From Acidimicrobiia bacterium (GTDB lineage Bacteria; Actinomycetota; Acidimicrobiia; Spongiisociales; SHLN01), in the NCBI GenBank assembly GCA_013002865.1, contig JABDLU010000202.1:1062-65061 (forward strand): 64,000 bases of DNA, in the 5' to 3' direction. The notes below the pieces were generated by a model that was given only the letters and a program-made list of their open reading frames with translations, did no database searches and was not told the DNA's origin. Below are positions 36,529-46,184 of this stretch, in pieces (the stretch's first letter is position 1; each line of letters begins with the position of its first letter). The position numbers and the translations under genes were made by a program.

Positions 36529-38900
36529 CCAGTTTCGCCCTGCTCGGGCTGGTCGTCCTGCGTCTTCGCAGGCTGTTCCTGCCGACCGAGACCGGGCTCC
36601 CCTGGCCCGTCGTCGTCATCGCAGCGGGGTTGCTCGGAGCGGTGCTCACGTGGGCGACGTTGCGCGCCCGGTTCGGCATCGTCACCGTCCTGCTCGTCCA
36701 TGCGCTGGTGTTCGCCCTGTTCACGTTCACCTATGTCGGCGGGGAGCTGGCCGGCACCACGATCCCGCCGGTAGACGTCGCCGGCGACATCCTCACCGAG
36801 GTCTCCGATGCGCTGACCATCTTCCGATTCTCGGCACCGCCGGTCACGCCCCTGGCCGGGATCGTCGTGCTGGCCGGGATGATGGTCTGGGCACTATCGG
36901 CGGTAGCCACCTGGGGACTTCTCAACGCCAGCCCCTATCTGGGGATCGTCCCGCCGGTCGTCTTCTACCTGCAGCTGGCCGTGATCGACCGCCAGACCAC
37001 GGGCATGCTGTGGACCGCCACCTTGCTCGTCCTGGTCGGCTCAGGCCTGGCAGCTATCGCCGCCGACCAGCGCACGGGCGGGGGCCATGCCGGCCCGGGC
37101 CGTCAGAAGGCCCGCCTGCAAGCGGTGGCGCTTCCGGTGCTCGCCATCGCCGCGGTCACGGTGCTGTCGGTTTTTGCCACCCGGCAGGCGGTTCGGGCCG
37201 AAGCGGTTCCGTCCACCGGATTGCTCGACTGGACCAACCGGGCGGGCATCGGCGGCGGGTTTGGCAGCATTTCGTACAACCCCTTCATCGATGTGCAGCG
37301 CCGGCTGGTATCCAACTCCCCGCAGCCGGTGTTCGCCGCCAGCGTGACGGGAGACGTGGCCGACGGTGAGCTGTACTGGCGCCTGCTCACCATGGACAAC
37401 TTCAACGGCGACTGGTGGTACGCCTCGAACGATGACCTCGAGAAGCTCGACGAGACCGGCTGGGAGGACGACGCCTACGAGTTCCGCGGAGAGACCCGGG
37501 CGGTTCAGCAAGACATCACAATTCTCGATCTCGGCTCGGCCTGGCTGCCGGCCGCCTACTCCCCCGTCGGCCTGTTCTCCGAGGAGCGCATCATCGCCAA
37601 CACCACCCGGATCGATCCGATCGATGGGTCGCTGCACATCGATGGGGTCACCGGCCGCGGCATGACCTATCGCATCCAGTCGGTGGTCCCCGACGTGAAC
37701 GTGGCCGTGCTGGCCGGCGACGAGGACGGGGCCCTGTCGCCGCTCTTCCAGGAAGCGGCCGGCGAAGGACGGTTCCCCCCGGTGCCCGCCCCGGCCCCCA
37801 CGCTCGAGCAGCCGCGCGACATCGAGCGCTACACCCAGCTGCCACGGGGATTCGATACATCGGGACGGCTTCGTCAACTCGCCGAGGGAATCACGTTCGG
37901 CCTCGAAACCGACTATGAAAAGGCGCTGGCGCTGGAGCATTTCTTCCGGGACGATGCCCTCTTTACGTACTCCACCAACGTGGCACCAAACGAGCGGGAC
38001 AGCGGGCTGGAGGATTGGCTCCTCAACCCGGCCTCCCCCGGCTACCGGGTGGGCTACTGCGAGCAGTTCTCGGCCTCGATGGGAGTGCTGGCCCGCCTGC
38101 TCGACATCCCCACCCGAACCGTGCTCGGCTTCACCCCCGGAGAGATTCGGTCAGACGGGACGGTGCTCGTGCGGGATCGCAACGCCCACGCCTGGGTCGA
38201 GGTGTGGCTGCCGGCCCAGGGCTGGGTGCGCTTCGACCCCACACCGCGTTCTGATGGCGTCAACCCGACCACGTTCGAGGAGACCGGGTTCTCGGCCACC
38301 GACCTCGACCGCTACTTCACCCGGATCGACCAGGCCGCCCGCGACGCCCTGAGCAGTGCCGGCGGCGGCGGTGATCCGGCAGTGCGCGATCCCAACCTGG
38401 AGGAGCTCAATCGCTTCCCAGGAGGCAGCGGAGGCGACGCCGGCTCCGATGGGGGCGGCCTATCGCTGCCGAGCTGGCTGCAGCCCGCCGTCCTGGTGCT
38501 CGTCCTCGTCGCCGGGGTGCTTGGCATCGTGCCGGCAGTCAAACGGCGCCGGCGGCGCCGGCGCTTGCGGCGGCTCCGGGAGGGCGACATCGGGGCAGCC
38601 TGGGCCGAGATCGTCGACCGTCTGATCGACTCAGGCGTGGGACTCGACCGGTCGGCCACGCCCATCGAGGTGGCCGACCGCACCGACGCGGCGCTCGAGC
38701 CGCTGGCGGAGGTATACAGCCGGGCGGTGTACGGACCGGACCCGCAGGTCGATGGACCGTCGGTCGACGTTGCGCTGGCCAGCCTGACGGCAACCGAGGA
38801 TCGGCTCACAACCCGGGAAAGCCGCTGGCGGAGAATCCGGCGAACCTACCGGCTGCAGTCGCTGCTCCCCGACTGGATCAAGAAGGCCCGGCGCCGCTGA
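36504..38900 (+). CDS. transglutaminase-like-domain polytopic membrane protein (DUF3488/TGase)
   Basis: Multi-TM N-terminus. Transglutaminase core (GYCEQFSASMGVLARLLDIPTRTVLGF...AHAWVEVWLPAQGWVRFDPTP) carrying the Cys/His/Asp triad. Third member of the moxR triad. Confidence 0.8.
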   Translation: MVYRLTWVASFALLGLVVLRLRRLFLPTETGLPWPVVVIAAGLLGAVLTWATLRARFGIVTVLLVHALVFALFTFTYVGGELAGTTIPPVDVAGDILTEVSDALTIFRFSAPPVTPLAGIVVLAGMMVWALSAVATWGLLNASPYLGIVPPVVFYLQLAVIDRQTTGMLWTATLLVLVGSGLAAIAADQRTGGGHAGPGRQKARLQAVALPVLAIAAVTVLSVFATRQAVRAEAVPSTGLLDWTNRAGIGGGFGSISYNPFIDVQRRLVSNSPQPVFAASVTGDVADGELYWRLLTMDNFNGDWWYASNDDLEKLDETGWEDDAYEFRGETRAVQQDITILDLGSAWLPAAYSPVGLFSEERIIANTTRIDPIDGSLHIDGVTGRGMTYRIQSVVPDVNVAVLAGDEDGALSPLFQEAAGEGRFPPVPAPAPTLEQPRDIERYTQLPRGFDTSGRLRQLAEGITFGLETDYEKALALEHFFRDDALFTYSTNVAPNERDSGLEDWLLNPASPGYRVGYCEQFSASMGVLARLLDIPTRTVLGFTPGEIRSDGTVLVRDRNAHAWVEVWLPAQGWVRFDPTPRSDGVNPTTFEETGFSATDLDRYFTRIDQAARDALSSAGGGGDPAVRDPNLEELNRFPGGSGGDAGSDGGGLSLPSWLQPAVLVLVLVAGVLGIVPAVKRRRRRRRLRRLREGDIGAAWAEIVDRLIDSGVGLDRSATPIEVADRTDAALEPLAEVYSRAVYGPDPQVDGPSVDVALASLTATEDRLTTRESRWRRIRRTYRLQSLLPDWIKKARRR

Positions 38901-38904
38901 TTCG

Positions 38905-39390
38905 CTAGTTGCCGGACGCTTCCTGCATGATGTCGTCCTCGACCTCGCGCAGCGTCTCGAGGAACTTCTCCCGGTCGAGCTCGAAGCGGGTCACGTCGTC
39001 GGCGACGGATCGGGCGATCTTGTCGATCGCTCCAAAGAAGGCCATCTGCCCCTCCCGCAGCGCGTCGAGGAGCGCTTCGTCGTCCACCGAGTAGATGGTG
39101 GCGCCGTCGGTGACCAGGGACACCTCGGAGAGATGCTTGTCCATATTGCCGGTGCGCCGCAGGTAGTTCCATGCCCGCCGGACCCGCTGCAGGGACATGC
39201 CGTTGTCGAGCAGGCTCTTGACGACCCGCAGTGCCACGACGTCGCGGAACGAGTAGAGGCGGCGTTTACCTGGACGACCGCCGGTGGTTTGCAGTGACGG
39301 AACAACCAGGTTCACCCGATCCCAGTAGCGGAGTTGGTGTGCGGTACAGCTGGTCAACTTGATCGCTTGCTGCGCCGTGAAACCTTCCAA
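38905..39390 (-). CDS. MerR-family transcriptional regulator
   Basis: N-terminal HTH (FTAQQAIKLTSCTAHQLRYWDRVNLVVP...RRLYSFRDVVALRVVKSLL). Confidence 0.8.
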   Translation of the reverse strand: MEGFTAQQAIKLTSCTAHQLRYWDRVNLVVPSLQTTGGRPGKRRLYSFRDVVALRVVKSLLDNGMSLQRVRRAWNYLRRTGNMDKHLSEVSLVTDGATIYSVDDEALLDALREGQMAFFGAIDKIARSVADDVTRFELDREKFLETLREVEDDIMQEASGN

Positions 39391-39500
39391 CCCAAATCCC
39401 TCCGCGTGTGCCCGATTTTCCTACGAGTCGCCGATGGGATGTGTGGCGTCCCGCTTCCTTGCCTCGCCGTGGCGAGACGCTCACTCTAGCTACGCGCGAC

Positions 39501-39839
39501 CTAGCGCCGCCACTTGGAGCGGAGCCGCTCGATCCAGGGCTCGACGCCGAGACCGGAGGTGCCGGGAGCGGCCGTCCGCCGCCGGATGGCGAGAACGAAA
39601 ACGGAGGCTGATCCGACCATGACGACAAAGCCGAGCATGGCGATCAAGGTGTTGGCAGTGAAGAAAATCAGCATGAAGGCGAGGCCGGCAACGAACCCGG
39701 CGAGGCTGAGGCGAGTGGAGCGACGGAACGTGTCGGAGGCGGAAGCAGTGCGGACGGCCTTGGCGAGCTTGGGGTCGTCCTGGAGAAACTGACGTTCGAT
39801 CTCGTCGAGGATTCTCTGTTCTTTGTCGTTGAGCGGCAC
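39501..39839 (-). CDS. DUF3040-domain membrane protein
   Basis: N-terminus MPLNDKEQRILDEIERQFLQDDPKL, followed by two TM segments. Confidence 0.75.
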   Translation of the reverse strand: MPLNDKEQRILDEIERQFLQDDPKLAKAVRTASASDTFRRSTRLSLAGFVAGLAFMLIFFTANTLIAMLGFVVMVGSASVFVLAIRRRTAAPGTSGLGVEPWIERLRSKWRR

Positions 39840-39912
39840 GGCTACTCCCTGCCCGGCACCGGTGCGTGGACTGCAGTATACCGATCGTCGGTTGTACAGA
39901 ACTTCTGAATAG

Positions 39913-41121
39913 TCACAGTATCCCCGTCTCTCGACGGCCGCCGGCGGCGTCCTCCGGAGGTGAAATCAGCCGGGCAGGCGTGACGGCATCGTCGCCGAAG
40001 CGGGCCCGGATCTGGTCGAGCGTGGCAGTGACGTCGTCCCACGCAACCGCCCGGTCGAGCCCGAGCTGGCGAGGGGCCCCGGCAGGCTCGAGCCCACTGA
40101 CGCCCACCCCGAGCAGCCGCACGGGGCGGGACCCGTCCACCCGGGTGAGGAGGTCCGCCACGACGGTGAAGAGATCTCGCGACACGTCGACCGGCGTATC
40201 CAGGGTGTGGCTGCGGCTCACCGTGGTGAAGTCGGGGTACCGCACCTTGAGCGTGATCGTCCGTCCGGCCAGCCCGGCGCGGCGCAGCCGCCAGCCGACC
40301 TTCTCGGTCTGTCGCAGCAGCTCGGCTTCGATACGGTCGGGATCCACCAGGTCGCGGGCAAAGGTCTCCTCGACCGAGACCGACTTGGCTTCGCCGTCGG
40401 GGCTCACCGGGCGCTCATCGATGCCGCGGGCCAGCGCCGAGAGGTGGGCCCCCAGGCTGGCACCCAGCCGGCGCTCCAGGACCTCCCGCGGCGTGGCTGC
40501 CAGGTCCCCGATGAGGTCGATGCCGAGGCTCTCCAACGTCGCGTAGGTGGCCTCGCCGACGCCCCACAGCCGCCGGACCGGCAGCGGGTGGAGGAACGCC
40601 TCGGCATCTGCCGTTCGCACCCAGCGCAGCCCGTCCGGCTTGGCTTCCTCGGAGGCCAGCTTGGCAAGCAGCTTGGTGGGAGCCGCCCCGACCGAGGCGG
40701 GCAGGCCGAGTTCGTCGCGCAACCGGGCCCGGATGTGCTCACCGACCGCAGCCGGGGTCTCGAAGTGGAGCCGGAGCCCGGACACGTCGAGGAACGCCTC
40801 ATCCACCGACAGCCCCTCAACGAGGGGCGTCGTCTCCCGGAAGACGGCGAACACCTGCTCGGAGACCGCCCGGTACCGTCCATGGGTCGGGGCGATATAC
40901 CGTGCCCGGGGACAGTGCTTGCGGGCCTGAGCCATCGGCATGGCCGACCGCACGCCGTAGCGGCGGGCTTCGTAGCTGGCCGCCGCGACGACGCCCCGGC
41001 TCCCGAGGCCGCCCACGATGACCGGAACCCCTCGCAGCGTCGCATCGGTGAGGCGCTCCACCTCTACGAAGAAGGCATCCATGTCGACGTGGAGAATCGG
41101 TTCCGTGAAGGACGCGCCCAT
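39913..41121 (-). CDS. dinB: DNA polymerase IV (DinB, Y-family)
   Basis: Start at the internal ATG (MGASFTEPILHVDMDAFFVEVE). SAMPMAQARKHCP and the little-finger domain. Confidence 0.9.
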   Translation of the reverse strand: MGASFTEPILHVDMDAFFVEVERLTDATLRGVPVIVGGLGSRGVVAAASYEARRYGVRSAMPMAQARKHCPRARYIAPTHGRYRAVSEQVFAVFRETTPLVEGLSVDEAFLDVSGLRLHFETPAAVGEHIRARLRDELGLPASVGAAPTKLLAKLASEEAKPDGLRWVRTADAEAFLHPLPVRRLWGVGEATYATLESLGIDLIGDLAATPREVLERRLGASLGAHLSALARGIDERPVSPDGEAKSVSVEETFARDLVDPDRIEAELLRQTEKVGWRLRRAGLAGRTITLKVRYPDFTTVSRSHTLDTPVDVSRDLFTVVADLLTRVDGSRPVRLLGVGVSGLEPAGAPRQLGLDRAVAWDDVTATLDQIRARFGDDAVTPARLISPPEDAAGGRRETGIL

Positions 41122-41131
41122 CGTGGGGCGC

Positions 41132-41458
41132 TCAGCAGACGGGTGGCTCATCGCGCCGGGAGCGACGTGCCTTGTCGGCCTCCGACAGGGCCGCCCACTC
41201 AGCCAGCGACCGCACCACGAGAACCGAAACAATCAGCACCCCGATGAAACCGACTGCCGCCCCCATCGTCCCCCACAGGATCTGCTCGCCGGTGCAGCCG
41301 TCCGTGCCGCAGGAGAGGCCGGCGACCCGGCTGCCGACGAAGTAGCCCACCGCGGCCGCGATCAGGACCGGAATCGCCACCCACGGGTTGGGCAGCCGCC
41401 GGGTGGGCTGCTCAGTTTGGGACATCGCCTGGCTTCTTTCGGGGTCGGCCGCGCTCAT
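41132..41458 (-). CDS. small membrane protein, hypothetical
   Basis: Two TM segments flanking a Cys-rich loop (SCGTDGCTGEQ). Confidence 0.45.
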   Translation of the reverse strand: MSAADPERSQAMSQTEQPTRRLPNPWVAIPVLIAAAVGYFVGSRVAGLSCGTDGCTGEQILWGTMGAAVGFIGVLIVSVLVVRSLAEWAALSEADKARRSRRDEPPVC

Positions 41459-42233
41459 CGTATCCCGCCTTCGCCAGCAACTCGGGAGGAACCAGCTCCG
41501 GAGGGACTGCCACTCCCGGTGCCGACGGGATCAGCGGCCGGACCGCCTGAGCCGACCCCGGCAGCCATGCCAGCACCGCCAGCGCCCCACCGAGTACCAC
41601 CAGCACGACGGCGCCTCCCGGCGGGGATTGCACGGCGGCCGCCACCAGTGCAGCCGGCACCGCCAGCCGGGCCCCCCACAGGCCGGCCGACACGGCCCGG
41701 GCATAGCCCCACGCTACGAGCAGCGCGGCTCCGGCCGCCACCCAGTGCATCGCCCGCGGCCCGGCCGGTGCCGACACTCCCGCGCCGGCGGGAACGAACA
41801 CCAGCGCAATGGCGAGCATCATCGACGCCGGTGGTAGCGGATCGGCGGCGGGCAACCGGCGTAGAAAGCCGTCGAGCCAGGGACCGAGCAGCAACATAAG
41901 ACAGGTCGCCGTTGCGCCCAGGGCCACCCAGCCGGCGATCGAAAACTCGAGCGTCAGCGCCAGGGCGAGCTGGCCGGCCATGAGCCCGAGACCGAGCCGG
42001 CGGGCCCAGCGAGCCCGCACCATCACCAGGCCGACGACCGACACGGCCGAGGCGACCATCACCGAGATGGCCACCAGGGCGGCGGAGCCGTCGGCGAGAG
42101 CGTCGGGTGACACCAGCAGCCGGACACTCGTGGCGATCCCGGCCACCAGGACGGATGCGGCGACGATAAATCCCATGGGAGGATTATGGTGCGCGCCCGG
42201 TTCTCCGGTCAGGGCGAGCTCACCGGCGGCCAT
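41412..42233 (-). CDS. polytopic membrane protein, hypothetical
   Basis: About 7 predicted TM helices, Ala/Leu-rich, with coding-like GC3. Confidence 0.5.
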   Translation of the reverse strand: MAAGELALTGEPGAHHNPPMGFIVAASVLVAGIATSVRLLVSPDALADGSAALVAISVMVASAVSVVGLVMVRARWARRLGLGLMAGQLALALTLEFSIAGWVALGATATCLMLLLGPWLDGFLRRLPAADPLPPASMMLAIALVFVPAGAGVSAPAGPRAMHWVAAGAALLVAWGYARAVSAGLWGARLAVPAALVAAAVQSPPGGAVVLVVLGGALAVLAWLPGSAQAVRPLIPSAPGVAVPPELVPPELLAKAGYDERGRPRKKPGDVPN

Positions 42234-42895
42234 TCCGGAGGCGGGGGGCCGTCAATGGTGGGAGTCCACGAGCCGGTCTCCACCCACGGATCGCCGGGCT
42301 CGAGGGTGAGAACGTCGCAATGGCCGGGACGATCCTGGTGGAGCTCGTCGAGTGGAAGGCCCCGCAGCACCAGCCGGCCGGCCTGGATCGGGTCCTGATG
42401 ACTGACGAGGATGATCTTCCCGTCTTCGTGTCCGGCGGCGAGCTCCCGGGCGGCGGCGGCGATTCGCTCTCCGAGCCGGGGAATCGATTCCTCGGCAAAC
42501 GGCAGATCGGTCGGGTGCTCGAGGTAGGCCTCCAGCTCTCCCGGGAACACCTCCGGTATCCGCTCCTAGGTGATTCCTTTCCAACGCCGGGCCACCAGCC
42601 ACTCGGTGAGATCGGGACGGGTCTGAACCTCGAGGCCGCAGGCCGCCCCGATGATGCCGGCCGTCTCCTGGGCACGTTGCAGCGGCGAGGCATAGATTGC
42701 TTCCGCCCCCACCCCCGCCAGGTGTTTGGCGGCAGCCGCAGCCTCCGCCCGCCCCCGGTCGCTGAGGCCGAACCCGGGCATGTCGGCGTAGACCACCCGG
42801 TCGGGATTGTCGACCTCGCCGTGCCGAACCAGGTAGACGGTCACGGGTGGATGCTCACCCGTACCGGGAGAAGACGAGAGCCACGTTGTGGCCAC
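42209..42895 (-). pseudogene. histidine phosphatase (phosphoglycerate mutase family) interrupted by a single in-frame TAG
   Basis: The N-half (42566-42895) carries the RHG motif VYLVRHGEVDNP and ASPLQRAQETA. The C-half (42209-42550) carries IILVSHQDPIQAG. Both halves are in the same frame and are separated by TAG at 42566-42568, exactly where family members have Trp (RRWKGIT-*-ERIPE versus consensus GxWEGLTWxE). Confidence 0.6.
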
Positions 42896-44099
42896 CGAAC
42901 CCGAAGGAATTGGTCATCGCCGTGTCGATGACCTGGCGGCGGGCCTGGTTCGGGACGTAGTCGAGGTCACAGTCTGGGTCGGGAGTCTCGAGGTTGATGG
43001 TGGGGGGTAGCACCCCATCGCGTATCGCCAGCAGGCACACCAGCGACTCGAGGGCCCCGGCGCCGCCCAGGAGGTGCCCGGTCATCGATTTGGTGGAGGA
43101 GATTGCCACCGCCCGGGCACCCTCCTCACCGAACACCAGCTTGATGGCGGCGGTCTCGGTGGCGTCGTTGGCAGGCGTCGAGGTGCCGTGGGCGTTGATG
43201 TAGTCGATGTTGGCTGCGGCCAGCCCGGCATCGTCCAGGGCCGCCTGCATGGCGCGGGCTGCTCCCATCCCGCCGGGGCGGGGAAGCGTCATGTGATAGG
43301 CATCGGCCGACATGCCGTAGCCGGTCAGCTCGCCGTAGATCGTGGCGCCGCGGGCGAGGGCGTGGTCGGCCTCTTCCAGCACGAGAACGGCGGCCCCTTC
43401 GGCCATGACGAACCCGTCCCGGTCGGCATCGAACGGGCGGGAGGCGCCTTCGGGATCGTCGTTGCGGGTGGAGAGCGCCCGGGTGTTAGCGAAGCCGCCG
43501 ACGGCGAATTCGCACACCGGAGCCTCCGAGCCTCCGGCCACCATGATGTCGGCATCACCGCGCCGGATGACGCTGGCGGCGTCGCCGAGCGCGTTGGCCG
43601 AGGCCGCGCAGGCGGTGACGGCGGCCGTGTTCGGACCGAGCAGGTTGAAGCTGATCGAGGCGAGCCCGGCCGCCATGTTGGAGATGATCTGGGGGATAGC
43701 AAAGGGGCTGATACGGTCGGCTCCCCTGGTCCGCATCACATCCATCTGCTCCTGGAATGAAATCACGCCGCCGATGCCCGACCCGACCGCCACACCAGAG
43801 CGGGTGGCGAGCTCATCGTCCTCACTGAAGTCCAGGCCGCTGTCGGCCATCGCCTGAGAGGTCGCCGCCCAGAACAGCTGGGCATACCGGTCCATCCGGC
43901 GGGCCTCTTTGCGATCGAGGTATTCCTCGGGGTCGAAATCGGGGACCTCGGCGGCGATCGACACCTTCAGATGGGAGGCGTCGAAGGAGCTGATCGTCCC
44001 GACGCCGGACACGCCGCTCTGGGCGTTCTTCCAGAAGCTGTCGACGTCGCGACCGATCGGATTGACCGTCCCGAGGCCGGTTACGACCACACGGCGCAT
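42855..44099 (-). CDS. fabF: beta-ketoacyl-ACP synthase II (FabF/KasA-like)
   Basis: MRRVVVTGLGTVNPIG; active-site Cys in AAVTACAASANA; His-His in INAHGTSTP and SMTGHLLGGAG. Confidence 0.9.
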   Translation of the reverse strand: MRRVVVTGLGTVNPIGRDVDSFWKNAQSGVSGVGTISSFDASHLKVSIAAEVPDFDPEEYLDRKEARRMDRYAQLFWAATSQAMADSGLDFSEDDELATRSGVAVGSGIGGVISFQEQMDVMRTRGADRISPFAIPQIISNMAAGLASISFNLLGPNTAAVTACAASANALGDAASVIRRGDADIMVAGGSEAPVCEFAVGGFANTRALSTRNDDPEGASRPFDADRDGFVMAEGAAVLVLEEADHALARGATIYGELTGYGMSADAYHMTLPRPGGMGAARAMQAALDDAGLAAANIDYINAHGTSTPANDATETAAIKLVFGEEGARAVAISSTKSMTGHLLGGAGALESLVCLLAIRDGVLPPTINLETPDPDCDLDYVPNQARRQVIDTAMTNSFGFGGHNVALVFSRYG

Positions 44100-44100
44100 G

Positions 44101-44346
44101 TCAGCCGTCGAGCTTGGCGATGACGAGATCCACAGCCTGGCCGACGTTGCCGATCTGCTCGGCCTCTTCGTCTGGGATCTTCACATCGAAGTTGTCTTCC
44201 AGCGCCATGAGTAGCTCGACGACGCCGAGCGAGTCGATCTCGAGGTCCTCTTCGAAGCGCGCCTCCATGGTGATGCGATCGGCTTCGACGCCCAGCTCGT
44301 CTACCAGCAAGCCGGTCAGCTTCTTCTGTACTTCTTCTCGATCCAC
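44101..44346 (-). CDS. acpP: acyl carrier protein
   Basis: 81 aa. Phosphopantetheine-attachment motif LEIDSLGVVEL. Confidence 0.9.
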   Translation of the reverse strand: MDREEVQKKLTGLLVDELGVEADRITMEARFEEDLEIDSLGVVELLMALEDNFDVKIPDEEAEQIGNVGQAVDLVIAKLDG

Positions 44347-44357
44347 GGCTGTCCCTC

Positions 44358-45089
44358 CTATATCGCCAGGCCGCCATCGACGACCAGCACCTGTCCGGTT
44401 ACGTATCCCGCCTGCTCGGAGGCAAGATAGCCAACGGCGGCGGAAATCTCGTCGACGGTCCCGAACCGTCCGACCGCAGTTTGGCCGAAGACGGCCTCCC
44501 GCATTGACTCATCGATCCGGGCGGTCATGTCGGTCTCGATGAACCCGGGGGCCACCGCATTCACGGTGATGCCCCGGGAGCCGACCTCTTTGGAGATCGA
44601 TTTGGTGAACCCGATGATCCCGGCCTTGGCAGCGGCGTAGTTGGCCTGTCCGGCATTGCCGGAGATCCCCGACACCGACGTGATGGAGATGATCCGGCCC
44701 CACCGGGCCCGCACCATCGGTCGCAGGGCCGCCTTGGTGCAGAGGAACACCGAGCGCAGATTGACGGCCAGCACCTCATCCCACTCCTCCGGGGACATAC
44801 GCAGCAGGAGGTTGTCGCGCACGATGCCGGCGTTGTTGACGAGGATCTCGACCGGGCCGAGGCGTTCTTCGACGGCGGCAAACAGCTCGGTGGCACCCGC
44901 TTCTGTGCCGACGTCGGCGGCGACGGCTATCGCCTCGCCCCCGGCGGCTCCGATACCGGCCACCACCGCGTCGGCCTCGTCCTTGGCGCGCACGTAGTTG
45001 ACGGCCACCCGGTGGCCGGCGCCGGCGAGATGCTCGGAAATGGCGCGCCCGATGCCGCGCGACCCGCCGGTGACGAGAGCAACTCTCAT
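44358..45089 (-). CDS. fabG: 3-oxoacyl-ACP reductase FabG
   Basis: ALVTGGSRGIGRAI, NNAG and YAAAKAG. Confidence 0.9.
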   Translation of the reverse strand: MRVALVTGGSRGIGRAISEHLAGAGHRVAVNYVRAKDEADAVVAGIGAAGGEAIAVAADVGTEAGATELFAAVEERLGPVEILVNNAGIVRDNLLLRMSPEEWDEVLAVNLRSVFLCTKAALRPMVRARWGRIISITSVSGISGNAGQANYAAAKAGIIGFTKSISKEVGSRGITVNAVAPGFIETDMTARIDESMREAVFGQTAVGRFGTVDEISAAVGYLASEQAGYVTGQVLVVDGGLAI

Positions 45090-46174
45090 CGGTCCGGCCC
45101 ACCGCCGAAATAGGCAAAGTTCTCGGCCAGCAACGCCATGACGTCGCCGTCGGTGGGTGGCAGCTCGGCGTCTGACACGCCGAGCGGCTCGGTGCGGCTG
45201 CCGAACTCATAGGCGGCAGCTGCCCAGCTCAGACCCGCCCCGAAGGCGGCAAAGACGATGCGGGCGCCCGGCTCGACCCGCCCCATCTCGAGCGCCTCGG
45301 TGAGCGCAATTGGGATGGTGGCCGCCGAGGTGTTTCCGTACGAGGCGATGTTGATGAACACTTTGGCGGGGTCGAGGTGCAGGCGGCGGGCGGTGGCGTC
45401 GATGATCCGGATGTTGGCCTGGTGGGGAATCAGTATGTCGACGTCGTCCAGCGCCCAGCCGGCTTGTTCGACAACGGCCGCGGCGGCATCACCCATGGCG
45501 GTGACCGCCTTCTTGAACACCTCAGGGCCGTTCATCTCGACGGCCAGGTGCTTGTGGTTGCTCTCCAGCGCCACCCGGTCGGTGGCCGTGCCGCTGCCGG
45601 GCGCCCACAGCAGCTTGGCGAGCGATCCGTCCGATCCCATGCGAGAGCCCTTCAGGCCCCCCGGCTCGTCGGTTGCCTGTACGACGACGGCTCCGGCGCC
45701 ATCACCAAACAGCACGGCGGTACCACGGTCGGTGAAGTCGATGAAGTAGGTCAGCCGCTCGGCTCCGATCACCAGCGCCGACTCGACGATTCCGGCCTGG
45801 ACCATCCCCGATGCCGTGATCAGGCTGTAGAGAAAGCCCGAGCAGGCGGCGTTCTGGTCGACGGCACCGGCATTGACGGCCCCGAGGCGGTCCTGGACCA
45901 GGGAGGCTGCGCTGGGCAGGAGCATGTCGGGCGTGCAGGTCGCCACGCTCACCAGGTCTACATCCGGCGGCTCAAGCCCGGCCGCCGCCAGCGCCCGGAA
46001 GCCGGCCACGGTGGCCAGCTCGGCGGTCCCGACATGGCTGATGCGGCGTTCCTTGATGCCGGTCCGCGAGGTGATCCAGTCGTCGCTGGTGTCAACCAGC
46101 ATCTCCAGATCGTGATTGGTCAGCACGGTCGGTGGCAGGCATTTGCCCCACCCGGTAATCGCAGAGCCGGTCAC
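45086..46174 (-). CDS. fabH: beta-ketoacyl-ACP synthase III FabH
   Basis: Active-site Cys in AACSGFLYSL, plus His (IPHQANIRI) and Asn (SYGNTSAATIP). Confidence 0.9.
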   Translation of the reverse strand: MTGSAITGWGKCLPPTVLTNHDLEMLVDTSDDWITSRTGIKERRISHVGTAELATVAGFRALAAAGLEPPDVDLVSVATCTPDMLLPSAASLVQDRLGAVNAGAVDQNAACSGFLYSLITASGMVQAGIVESALVIGAERLTYFIDFTDRGTAVLFGDGAGAVVVQATDEPGGLKGSRMGSDGSLAKLLWAPGSGTATDRVALESNHKHLAVEMNGPEVFKKAVTAMGDAAAAVVEQAGWALDDVDILIPHQANIRIIDATARRLHLDPAKVFINIASYGNTSAATIPIALTEALEMGRVEPGARIVFAAFGAGLSWAAAAYEFGSRTEPLGVSDAELPPTDGDVMALLAENFAYFGGGPDR

Positions 46175-46184
46175 GTCGTACCCG

